Part shown: piece after piece, positions 36,488 to 45,629 of the stretch
Layout of the letters: the number at the start of each line of letters is the position of its first letter
Numbering within the stretch: position 1 is the first letter of the stretch
Assembly (NCBI GenBank): GCA_048939765.1
Contig: JBHLPF010000002.1
Location: forward strand, 1 to 64,000
Length of the DNA: 64,000 nt
Direction: 5' to 3'
DNA from: Promethearchaeota archaeon
GTDB lineage: Archaea; Asgardarchaeota; Thorarchaeia; Thorarchaeales; Thorarchaeaceae
Notes under the pieces: generated by a model
Told to the model about the DNA's origin: nothing
Databases searched by the model: none
What the model saw: the letters and a program-made list of their open reading frames with translations, nothing else
Position numbers and translations under genes: made by a program

Positions 36488-39400
36488 TCCTTGAGCATCT
36501 CTTCGATTTGCTCCATGAAGCTTCCTTCACGCCACCATCGTAGATCACGAGCCCCGGTAGGACAGATTGCACAACAGGCTCCACAGCCTTCGCAGCGCAT
36601 CTCATCAGTGGCACTCTTCTTTACCCCTGGCTCGATTTCAATCATTGAAACGGCATCATAAGGACAGATGTCTGAATAGTGACAGAGATCACATCCTACG
36701 CAGAGGTCTTGGTCCACCTCTGCAGTTTCAAGCTCAATCTCCACGGTGCCTAGGTTCAATGGGACTGCAGCCTCACCAGCAGCCCCTCTCGCCTGGTTTA
36801 TCGAGTCTACGACATTCTTTGCATATGTGACTCCAAGAAACACTCCGGGGACGGTAGTTTCTACTGGACGGTATTTCATGTGCATCTCAGCTAGGAAACC
36901 ATCTGCTCCCCTGTTTATGCCAAGTGCCTTCGCCAGCTCATCTACATCGTCGGGAGCGTGGAGGCCTAGAGCGAGTACTACCATGTCCGACTTTATCTTG
37001 AAGGTCTCTTGAGCCAATGTGTCGTAGATTGTTACAATGGCATCATCACTGTCAGGGTCTTGCTCCACGGTGACAGGTCTTTCTCTCACCCATCTCAAAT
37101 AGGAAACGCCATTTTGCCTGTTCTCGCGCCACATCTCCTCCATGCCATTTGCATAGGGTCGAATATGCTCCTTGTACGCTGAGAATATCTTGATTTCAGG
37201 AAACATTTCCTTCAATTCATGCTGCATAGTAATGACAGCTGAGCAGCAGACTCTTGAGCAGTGTCTGAAACCCTCTCCTGGATTCTGTCTCGAGCCTACA
37301 CAGTGAATGAACACCGGATTCTTTGGTGCCTTCTTCAGTTCGCCGTTTCTGAGCTTCTTCTCAAGATCCAGAGTTGTTATGACACCTGGGACTTGTCCAT
37401 AGCCGTACTCTCCAAGTTTTGGAGTGTACGTATCAGTGCCTACTGCAACTACCATTGAACCAATGCGATGGATTTCCTTCTCGCCAGTTTCAACGTTCTC
37501 TACCTCAATGTCATAGTTGCCGTAGGAGCCATCACGGCCCACAACCTTGGAGTTGAGCATGACGCTGATCCGCTTTTCCTTTTGAACCTCATCAACAAGC
37601 CTGTCTACAATCTCTTTTGCTGACTCCATCTCAGGGAAGAGCTGATGGAGGTCATTTAGCCTGCCTCCCAGCCTATCTTGCTTCTCCACTAGTATAACAT
37701 CAAAGCCTTTCCGAGCAATATCCAGTGCAGCGGTCATTCCAGACACTCCGCCTCCGACAATCATGCTGACACGTGTGACTTCAACCTCCTTGACAGGGAC
37801 CACTTCTGAATTCACTGCCTGGGCCACTGCACTACGAATCATGTCCTGAGCCTTTTCTTGACGCTCATCAGCAGGCGCATTGGCATTTACAAGAGAAAGC
37901 TGTTCTCGAAGGCCAACTGGCCCAACGAAGTAGTAGGGTGAAAGCCCTGCGGAAACCAGAGCCCGCCTAAATGTTTCCTGATGCTGAAGCGGAGAGCACG
38001 AGCCAACAACCACCCGGTTCAGCTTATGTTCCTTTATTGCTTCCACGATCAATTCTTGGCCCGGATCTGAACACATGAAGAGATAGTCGGTCGCGTATGC
38101 CACATTTGGGAGTTCTTTAGCCCATTCGGCCAGTCCAGGAGAGTCTATGACATTGCCAATTATGCCTCCACAATGACAAACGAATACCCCAACACGCGGT
38201 TCTTCACCAAGCTCGGCAGGTGGTATCTCCTCTGGAGCTGCTGGAGTCGGGATTGGAAGCAGAGAATGAGCAGCCATGCCTGCGCCTTTTCCCTCATTTA
38301 CACTATCAGTACCATCCTTTGGCCCTGTCGCGCAGCCGGCAACAAAGACTCCTTTGCGAGTTGTTTCCAGACCCTTCGAGTTTGCATGTGCTTTTTTCAC
38401 CCATCCAGTTTCATCTATTTCGATTCTCAGGATTTTTGCGAGTTCCTCCTGTCCTTCATTTGGCCTGAAACTGGCATTCAGCACGACCATTGAGATCTTG
38501 TCGATCTCGATGATATCTCCCTTATCCGTGTCCTCCATCTTGATGTAGAGGTCATGAGTATCCGGGTCTTCAGAGATCTCCGCAACACGTCCTCGAATGA
38601 AATTAATGGCATGATTTCGTTCCGAGTCCCAGAGAAACTCTTCTAGTGCCTTTCCAGCAGTCCGCATATCCATGTAGGTATAGATGATCTCACAGTGATC
38701 CTCAGGATAGTGCATCCGAGTGACCTGGGCCAGCTTGAGTCCAAAGGAACAACAGACCCTATTGCAATGTTGGCTGTATCCTCCGATGTTCTCTCGAACA
38801 TCCCTGCTTCCCACACAGTTGATGAACAGGATCTTCTCAGGCTCCTTCCCATCAGATGGTCGGACCATGTGCGCATCAGTAGGCCCGGTAGGATGAGTCA
38901 TCCGGTCATATTCCAAACTTGTGACAACATTTGGAAAGACACCATAGCCATACTCGCCATAGTCAATTGGCTTGTATTCCTGAAATCCTGTGGCAACGAC
39001 TATTGAACCCACATTGAGATCATAGACCTTATCTTCATCATCATAGCTAATGCAGTCTTGGGGACACACTGCCGCACACGTCCCGCAGCCTATGCATGCT
39101 TCTCTGTCGATAGTTGCAACAAGGGGAACCTGTTGTGGGAAATTCATGTATATGGCCTTCCGCAACGAAAGCCCATGATTGTACTCATCAGGGACCTCTA
39201 CCGGACAATTACGAATGCACGCCTGACAACCAGTACAGGTATCCTCATTCACATATCGAGCTCTCTTTCTAACTGTGACAGTGAAATCGCCTGCGGAACC
39301 AGTTACCTTTTCCACTGTAGACAACACATGGACCGTGATGTTTGAATGCTTTCCCACGTAGGATGTCAGAGGTGTCATGACACACGCACTGCATTCAAGA

Positions 39401-39588
39401 GCTGGAAAGATCTTGTAAACCGCCACATAGTTGCCACCAATATTCACCGACTTCTCAATGACATGAGCGTGGTGCCCGCCTTCGGCTAGAGAAAGCGCTG
39501 CATTGATACCAGCCATTCCAGCGCCAATGACTAGGACATCAGTTGGTTTGGTCGCAGGTGCCGACTTCTTGGACGAGGTTGTGGCCAT
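36484..39588 (-). CDS. hdrA: Double-module HdrA-like flavoprotein without MvhD
   Basis: GAGMAG and GGGVSG FAD sites, KIFPALECSAC, CVGSR..CNRVCC, RVGVFVCHCG, several CxxCxxCxxxCP motifs. Confidence 0.9.
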   Translation of the reverse strand: MATTSSKKSAPATKPTDVLVIGAGMAGINAALSLAEGGHHAHVIEKSVNIGGNYVAVYKIFPALECSACVMTPLTSYVGKHSNITVHVLSTVEKVTGSAGDFTVTVRKRARYVNEDTCTGCQACIRNCPVEVPDEYNHGLSLRKAIYMNFPQQVPLVATIDREACIGCGTCAAVCPQDCISYDDEDKVYDLNVGSIVVATGFQEYKPIDYGEYGYGVFPNVVTSLEYDRMTHPTGPTDAHMVRPSDGKEPEKILFINCVGSRDVRENIGGYSQHCNRVCCSFGLKLAQVTRMHYPEDHCEIIYTYMDMRTAGKALEEFLWDSERNHAINFIRGRVAEISEDPDTHDLYIKMEDTDKGDIIEIDKISMVVLNASFRPNEGQEELAKILRIEIDETGWVKKAHANSKGLETTRKGVFVAGCATGPKDGTDSVNEGKGAGMAAHSLLPIPTPAAPEEIPPAELGEEPRVGVFVCHCGGIIGNVIDSPGLAEWAKELPNVAYATDYLFMCSDPGQELIVEAIKEHKLNRVVVGSCSPLQHQETFRRALVSAGLSPYYFVGPVGLREQLSLVNANAPADERQEKAQDMIRSAVAQAVNSEVVPVKEVEVTRVSMIVGGGVSGMTAALDIARKGFDVILVEKQDRLGGRLNDLHQLFPEMESAKEIVDRLVDEVQKEKRISVMLNSKVVGRDGSYGNYDIEVENVETGEKEIHRIGSMVVAVGTDTYTPKLGEYGYGQVPGVITTLDLEKKLRNGELKKAPKNPVFIHCVGSRQNPGEGFRHCSRVCCSAVITMQHELKEMFPEIKIFSAYKEHIRPYANGMEEMWRENRQNGVSYLRWVRERPVTVEQDPDSDDAIVTIYDTLAQETFKIKSDMVVLALGLHAPDDVDELAKALGINRGADGFLAEMHMKYRPVETTVPGVFLGVTYAKNVVDSINQARGAAGEAAVPLNLGTVEIELETAEVDQDLCVGCDLCHYSDICPYDAVSMIEIEPGVKKSATDEMRCEGCGACCAICPTGARDLRWWREGSFMEQIEEMLKE

Positions 39589-39794
39589 CTTTGAGTCCCC
39601 AAGCTGCGGTTGTACTCGGGGCTTCAGTTTACTGGGGATATAATCTTTCTGTCATGACCAGATTCTGTCAGGGATTTTGGGTTTCATCATGCGATTCAAT
39701 AATTCCCCCCAGAAGCATGGCTACGACCAAGGGTCCCAGTTTTGTATAGATGAATCATTCTTGGCCTAGCCAACTGGTTGTCCAGGAATGCTAT

Positions 39795-40907
39795 CTACCA
39801 GTTTTGTTTGACTTTTTCCACAGTTTGAACCATAAGGCTTGTTACTATTGCCAGGACGAGTGCTATAGACCCGATTACTGCCAGAATTGAGTCCGGTAGT
39901 GGGTCGACTGGGATCCTTACATTCGTGGCACTAGCTTCAATGGAGAGGCTAACTTCAACATCATTATCCACTCTATCAAGTTTCAGACTGTGCTCCTGAA
40001 TTACAGATCCCCCAATAATCTCCCATGCTATGGATGAGTTTTCATGAGTTGCAGAGAGGTCCACCTCACCAGCGACACCAAGCAGTTCAAAATGATACCT
40101 CTTGTTGTCATCCTCGAACGAATGGATTCTGAATGATTCCACGTCGTTTGGAATCTCATTGCCAAAGAGGAGAAGGCTGTTGGGATTGGAATCATTCAGC
40201 ACTAGAGTTCTTGTATCAGAATAGACCAGCTCTGTCATCTCTGTGGGAGTGAAGAAACCCCCCAGAGACCCGGAAATGAATGGAGTTACTAGTACGAGGC
40301 CAAGCAATACTAGGACAGCTATCAAGGCTGGTCGAATGCTTTTGCGAACTGTCTTCATTGTGACTATTTTCCAAAAAACATACGCCGCAAATCCCAGAGG
40401 GAACAAGATGCTGTAATAGATGACTACGACTGTAGGATCGAAGGTTGGTACGATCACTATTTCCCATATCAATATCACGAAACTTCCGTTGGCATCTCCA
40501 GTTTCTCTAGTCACAATGACTCTAGAGTCTTCTGAAGCTTGAACGACCAGAGAGCTATTGGAAATGAGATTAACACCAGATATTGCAAAGACCGTGACAT
40601 TATTCCTATTCTGGATGGAAAGCCCAACCGATGTCCCATTTGTTTCCATGTCAGTAATTCCAATTCGAGTGACCATGCTGGCGTAGGCGAGGGGCTCAAT
40701 TGGATAATATCGTTCAGAGTCATCTAATGAAACGTTGAAAGAAACGTAGTGAGAATGTAGAGATTGTTCAGGTGGAACATAATAGTGTGGATGAGGACTA
40801 ATTACTATAAAGAATGAACCTAGTAGCATCAGGACTAATGCCATTCCAACGAGCTTTACATTCCCACGCTTCAATCTCAATCTCGGCCTTTCCACTCTAC
40901 CACCCAT
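39795..40907 (-). CDS. Hypothetical multi-pass membrane protein with two extracytoplasmic domains
   Basis: TM-domain-TM-TM-domain-TM hydropathy pattern. Confidence 0.55.
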   Translation of the reverse strand: MGGRVERPRLRLKRGNVKLVGMALVLMLLGSFFIVISPHPHYYVPPEQSLHSHYVSFNVSLDDSERYYPIEPLAYASMVTRIGITDMETNGTSVGLSIQNRNNVTVFAISGVNLISNSSLVVQASEDSRVIVTRETGDANGSFVILIWEIVIVPTFDPTVVVIYYSILFPLGFAAYVFWKIVTMKTVRKSIRPALIAVLVLLGLVLVTPFISGSLGGFFTPTEMTELVYSDTRTLVLNDSNPNSLLLFGNEIPNDVESFRIHSFEDDNKRYHFELLGVAGEVDLSATHENSSIAWEIIGGSVIQEHSLKLDRVDNDVEVSLSIEASATNVRIPVDPLPDSILAVIGSIALVLAIVTSLMVQTVEKVKQNW

Positions 40908-40971
40908 ACCAAGTGGTAGATTCTTGTGTTATTGAATGGACCGGATGAATCATATTGCAACTGGAGGTTCC

Positions 40972-42048
40972 TTATTCCGTCTTCTTAGTAGCCTTCAAGT
41001 AGACATAGCCAATTCCAGCTACAACCGCAGCGAGCAGATACAAGATGATGGGTATCCAAAGCATCTCAAATCGCAACAGATACGAAATATCTCGTCCATA
41101 TCCAAATGGTGCCGGGATGTAGATCCATGCTAGGAATACGAAGTAGAGCAGTGTGACAAGAGTCTTGACTTCTCTTCTAACATTCAGCGCGTACATGTAT
41201 GTGAAAACCCACATGAACACAAATCCCGAAAGGAACATCGGCCACATGTCTGTGCTTCCATGGTCTAGAGTGTTGAAGATGGCAACCACCAACGCATGTA
41301 CTCCAACAAAGCCCTCGACAGTGATGACCCACCTCTTGTCAATATGGACCGATGTATAGGCCACCGTCATCTGTGTGAATAGCAAGAACATGTAGAAGAA
41401 TCCAGTGAGCAGTTGTGGGTCATAGAACATTGGATGGAACCAGAATGTATAGACTAGTCCCCATGCAATTGGGTACATGTGGATGCGTCTTACAAGACCT
41501 GATACACGTGCAGTAAATGGTTTCCCAGCTCTCTTTCCGAGAATTAAGCCTCGTCTGGGATTCTCAATAACAAGTATGAGAACAAGCATCAGAATAACTG
41601 AGCCTTGACTGGTCCAAATGGGGACATCCTGAGCAAGTCCATCGAACCAGATGTGCGTCTGAACAAAGTGCAGTGCAACAAAGAAGATGTTGATGATCAC
41701 CATGGCCCAGTTGTATTTCGTCAGAGATGTTGTTGGCTTTGTCTTCTGTTCTATCAGATTCTTCTGAGCCCAGTATATTGTGAACCACACCACAAACTGG
41801 TGGGCAAGATAGAAGGACCATACTATGAGCTGGGCAATTGTGTCAGGGGAAGGGAGCTGCCAATAGTACCATGCAGGGCCTTGATCTGGACCCAACACAA
41901 ATCTGTCAAGCAGAGGTCCAAAGAACCAGATAACAAAGGTGAAACCAAATGCGAAGGCGATTCCACCGGCCCAAAGCACATAGGCTGCTCTTGATTTCTT
42001 GTCAGTCGGGGTTGGATCAGTATCCATGGACTGGTCTTCAGAAGCCAT
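40972..42048 (-). CDS. Conserved integral membrane protein (Trp/His-rich)
   Basis: WYYWQL, HQ...W, H..QTH.WFDGLAQD, YTFWFHP motifs; about nine TM helices. Confidence 0.65.
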   Translation of the reverse strand: MASEDQSMDTDPTPTDKKSRAAYVLWAGGIAFAFGFTFVIWFFGPLLDRFVLGPDQGPAWYYWQLPSPDTIAQLIVWSFYLAHQFVVWFTIYWAQKNLIEQKTKPTTSLTKYNWAMVIINIFFVALHFVQTHIWFDGLAQDVPIWTSQGSVILMLVLILVIENPRRGLILGKRAGKPFTARVSGLVRRIHMYPIAWGLVYTFWFHPMFYDPQLLTGFFYMFLLFTQMTVAYTSVHIDKRWVITVEGFVGVHALVVAIFNTLDHGSTDMWPMFLSGFVFMWVFTYMYALNVRREVKTLVTLLYFVFLAWIYIPAPFGYGRDISYLLRFEMLWIPIILYLLAAVVAGIGYVYLKATKKTE

Positions 42049-42137
42049 CTATTGATCACTCTCGACGAGGCGCGGGGAACGTGCCTATCCCCTTGATAAA
42101 GCCTACGCATAACCAAGAACATTGTAGAAAAAGAATG

Positions 42138-42162
42138 AGAGAAGGGAAATTATCCCTTCTCT
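42138..42162 (-). terminator. Intrinsic-terminator-like hairpin after the ABC permease gene
   Basis: Perfect 10-bp stem agagaaggga/tcccttctct, followed on the - strand by cattcttttt. Confidence 0.6.
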
Positions 42163-42172
42163 AACGGGTTGC

Positions 42173-43333
42173 TCACCTTGTTCCAAATCGGCGAAAGAGG
42201 GCTATACCGATAAGAAGGAGCGCAACACCAATGACTGACACTAGAGCCAGATTCGTCCAGATGGAGAGAGTTGTCACGGATGCCCCACGTAGGAACAGAG
42301 TTGTCAAGGACTCGGTCACATAATTGCTTGGCATGAACTGGGCGATGGCTTCAGCTCCTCCACTAAGAGGCATGAAAGTGCCCAGAAACATCTGTGGCAT
42401 GATGAAGACGAACGAAACACCAGAGGCTATCTCTGCGGATTTAGATATGGTGGCAGCAATCATGCCAAAGCCGACGTTTACAAGAGAGAATGCCAGCAAC
42501 ATCGCAAAAGCAAATGCCAATCCACCGACATCAGTGACAGGTCGATAGCCTATTGCATATGACGTGGTGAACACGAGGAGAACTTGGACGACTGCAATGA
42601 TCATGTACGCAATCACATTACTCAACATGAACTCATGTGACTTGAGTGGAGTCGTGCCCATTCTCTTCAGCAGTCCACCATCTCGTTCCCCAGTCAATGA
42701 CTGTGCGACTATCATTATCATGAAGATGCTCGCAAAGGCGAATATCCCTGGAGCCATGAAGTCCCACTGTGAGAGAGTGCTTGCTTGTACCATGGAAGGA
42801 CTGCCTACATCCACTGGTAGATCCAATGTAGTAGCCTCACTTCCAAACATTGTTGTCAAGACAACTTGCTGCACAATCGGAGGAACTGCACTGCTAGCAA
42901 TCATGGACCCACTGTCTACATAGAGCTCTACGGTTGTATTAGTCCAAGAACTTCCATTGAATGGAGAGTTCCAGTAGGAAGTGCAGCTGTTTCCAAAACC
43001 TTCCGGAATCACAATGAATGCGTCAAGGCCTCCCTGAAGCAACTCTGCTTGACCAGTTTCATTTGTTTCATAGTGAAGTACCGTGATCCCCTCGAGGTCG
43101 GTGAGGTTTCCTTCGAAGCTGTCAGCCCACTGAGTATTCGTCGTGGAAGTATCTAGATTCAGGAGCCCCACATCGAAGTTGGTTGCCCCTCCTTCACCCA
43201 CACCTCCAAAAGCCAGTCCGAAGGTTGCTGTGACAATTAATGGAAATAGCAGGAGAAGGAATAGGACTGCAGGCTGCCTCGTGAACATCTTCAGGTTCTT
43301 CTTGGTGAGGGCTGTTATCCGTCGTAGACCCAT
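42173..43333 (-). CDS. ABC-2 type exporter permease
   Basis: N-terminal TM, extracellular loop, PGI, ER..G.LKR..TP, five more TM helices. Confidence 0.88.
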   Translation of the reverse strand: MGLRRITALTKKNLKMFTRQPAVLFLLLLFPLIVTATFGLAFGGVGEGGATNFDVGLLNLDTSTTNTQWADSFEGNLTDLEGITVLHYETNETGQAELLQGGLDAFIVIPEGFGNSCTSYWNSPFNGSSWTNTTVELYVDSGSMIASSAVPPIVQQVVLTTMFGSEATTLDLPVDVGSPSMVQASTLSQWDFMAPGIFAFASIFMIMIVAQSLTGERDGGLLKRMGTTPLKSHEFMLSNVIAYMIIAVVQVLLVFTTSYAIGYRPVTDVGGLAFAFAMLLAFSLVNVGFGMIAATISKSAEIASGVSFVFIMPQMFLGTFMPLSGGAEAIAQFMPSNYVTESLTTLFLRGASVTTLSIWTNLALVSVIGVALLLIGIALFRRFGTR

Positions 43334-44092
43334 CTAAACTCCCTCCCTCAGTTGCTTGCCAGTGAGCTTGATGAAGACCTCTTCGAGATCCTCAGCGTTG
43401 TACTGCTGCATCAGTTCCGTTGGAGTACCAAGAGCTATGAGCTTGCCTTGGTCTATGATTCCTACTCTGTCGCAGAGCTCCTCAGCTTCCTCCATGTAGT
43501 GAGTAGTGAGGATGATGGCTTTCCCATTATTCTTCAGCTCCCTGATGAAGTCCCACACTGCACGTCTGGACACAGGATCCATAGCCACCGTGGGCTCGTC
43601 AAGTAGAGCAACTCGAGGGTCGTTTATGAGAGCCATTACAGTACTCACCCGGCGAATCATTCCGCCGCTGTATTGACCAGCACGTCGGTCTGCTGCCTCC
43701 ACCATCCCGATCTTCTCAAGCATGTTCTCAACTCGTTCCTTTAGCACATCTCTTGGTACATCATGGAGGTCTCCAAAGAGTTCGATGTTTTCCCTTCCGG
43801 TGAGGTGCTGATAGAATGCTGGTTCCTGCGGACAGACACCGATTATTTCCCGAACTGCATCAGCATCAAAGACCACATCGTGGCCAGCAACTGCTGCAAC
43901 TCCCTCAGTAGGTTCGAGAAGGGTACAGAGTACATTGATTACGGTGGTCTTGCCTGCACCATTTGGTCCAAGCAAGCCAAACAGTTCGCCCCAACCAATC
44001 TCAAGGTTAAGTCCATCAACAGCAGTGACTTCCTCAAACCTCTTGGTCAGGTTTTCTATCTTTATTGCTTGTTTAGTAATTGTAGATGACAT
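43334..44092 (-). CDS. ABC exporter ATP-binding protein (DrrA-like)
   Basis: GPNGAGKTT, YSGGM, LLDEPT, TTHYMEEA. Confidence 0.93.
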   Translation of the reverse strand: MSSTITKQAIKIENLTKRFEEVTAVDGLNLEIGWGELFGLLGPNGAGKTTVINVLCTLLEPTEGVAAVAGHDVVFDADAVREIIGVCPQEPAFYQHLTGRENIELFGDLHDVPRDVLKERVENMLEKIGMVEAADRRAGQYSGGMIRRVSTVMALINDPRVALLDEPTVAMDPVSRRAVWDFIRELKNNGKAIILTTHYMEEAEELCDRVGIIDQGKLIALGTPTELMQQYNAEDLEEVFIKLTGKQLREGV

Positions 44093-44121
44093 ATGTATGC
44101 TAGTACATAGTTTGTATATAA
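44092..44121 (-). promoter_or_regulatory. TATA box and inverted repeat in front of the ABC operon (probably leaderless)
   Basis: TTATATAC on the - strand (44121-44114), about 22 nt before the ATG; tatgta-N6-tacata inverted repeat at 44092-44109. Confidence 0.45.
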
Positions 44122-44241
44122 TACGTGGAATCTTTTTGCATCAGAAAGCGTTTTGCGGCGCAAAGTGGCTTTTCTTGCATTTCCTATCCATATGCACACA
44201 AGATATATCGCGTAATGCATGCGATTCTGGGTGGTGCTTGA

Positions 44242-44574
44242 ATGACTAAGGATGAGATCTTAGCTCAATTGAAAGAACTGGGGACGCGGTTTGAAGATCC
44301 CAAGATTCAGCGACGATTCAAGGGTTTCCACAAGACGCTGCAGTTCATCTTCCCCGACATTGATGCTCAGATGTACATGAAAATTGGCGACGCCGAGCTG
44401 GTGGAACTTGCAGAGGGAACCGTAGAAGCTGAGATGACGGTGACAATGGACTCGACAGTCTTTCTCAGGATTATGGACAAGAGTGAGAGTCCTATGGCTG
44501 CCTATCAGGCTGGGAAGCTGAAGACCAAGGGAGAGGTTCCAGACCTTCTTAAGCTACAGAAGTTGCTGCTGTAG
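44242..44574 (+). CDS. SCP2 sterol/lipid-binding domain protein
   Basis: LQF, TVTMDS..F..I, P..AY..GKLK.KG...L.KL signature. Confidence 0.8.
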   Translation: MTKDEILAQLKELGTRFEDPKIQRRFKGFHKTLQFIFPDIDAQMYMKIGDAELVELAEGTVEAEMTVTMDSTVFLRIMDKSESPMAAYQAGKLKTKGEVPDLLKLQKLLL

Positions 44575-44617
44575 TTCCAATCCCGTCGCTGTGATGAATA
44601 TTAAGGAGGCCATGACT

Positions 44618-45628
44618 ATGAAGGTGCTAATCACCGCGCCTTTCTCAGAGTCAGGATTAAAACTACTAGAAGATGCGGGGCTAGAAGTTCGACATGAGAG
44701 TTGGCAAGACACGGGCAAGCTCTACCTGGGGGATAAACTCCTCCCAATCATCAAAGAAGGCGGCTATGAGATTGTAATTGTTGAGGGTGACGAGGTGAAG
44801 GAAGAGGTCATTGAGGGATCTGATTTGAAAATCATTGCTTCAGCAAGAGACAACCCCAACAATGTTTCCATCTCTGCAGCCACAACAAAAGGCATTCCTG
44901 TGATTGGAGCACCAGGTCGAAATACAAATGCGGTCGCTGAGCTGACACTCGCTCTTATACTGGGTCAAGCACGGCGAATTGTGACAGCAGATCGCCTATT
45001 GAAGAATGACTTTATGGTCGATGACTACTCAGACTTTGCACAGATGTACAAGACGACGAAAGGCTTCGAACTGAATGGACGGACGGTTGGCATAATTGGT
45101 CTAGGGAAAATCGGATATGAAGTAGCAAAGCGATTACTAGCATTCGGTGCCGAGATTATGGTCCATGACCCCTACGCACCTAAAGAAAGGCTGAAAGAAT
45201 TTAATGCAAAAGACGTGTCATTGGAGGAGCTCCTGAGAAATTCCGATATAGTGTCAGTCCACTGCCCGCCAACAGACGAAACCAAAGGAATGCTGGGCGC
45301 GGAGCAGTTTAAAATGATGAAGCAGACTGCGATCTTCATCAACACCGCCCGTGCATCAATCACGGATGAGTATGCGCTCCGAGAGGCATTGAAATCAGGG
45401 ACTATTGCAGGTGCCGGACTCGATGTATTCTCAATGGAACCAGTGGACTGTGATAATGAGTTTCTGGAATTGGAAAATGTCATTGTGACTCCGCATATTG
45501 GAGGCAATACTGTCGACACGATTGAGCGGCAGTCCATGATGATTGCAAGGGATATTACAGCAATCCTTAACGGAGGACGCCCTGAGAACGTGCTAAACCC
45601 AGAAGTCCTGAAGAAGGAGGCGACCTAG
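44618..45628 (+). CDS. D-isomer-specific 2-hydroxyacid dehydrogenase (SerA2-like)
   Basis: APGRN..AVAE, GIIGLGKIG, INTARA, GLDVF..EP, TPHIGG. Confidence 0.9.
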   Translation: MKVLITAPFSESGLKLLEDAGLEVRHESWQDTGKLYLGDKLLPIIKEGGYEIVIVEGDEVKEEVIEGSDLKIIASARDNPNNVSISAATTKGIPVIGAPGRNTNAVAELTLALILGQARRIVTADRLLKNDFMVDDYSDFAQMYKTTKGFELNGRTVGIIGLGKIGYEVAKRLLAFGAEIMVHDPYAPKERLKEFNAKDVSLEELLRNSDIVSVHCPPTDETKGMLGAEQFKMMKQTAIFINTARASITDEYALREALKSGTIAGAGLDVFSMEPVDCDNEFLELENVIVTPHIGGNTVDTIERQSMMIARDITAILNGGRPENVLNPEVLKKEAT

Positions 45629-45629
45629 A

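Noticed and set aside
31031-39588. Selenocysteine recoding in HdrA/MvhD, which is known in some Asgard archaea
   Set aside because: Both HdrA ORFs and the MvhD domain are uninterrupted, with Cys at the relevant motifs (DCSMC, CNWC, GCHFGDCHY); no in-frame TGA needs read-through
21430-39588. Methanogenesis
   Set aside because: Hdr alone is not diagnostic; there are no mcr or mtr genes in the window
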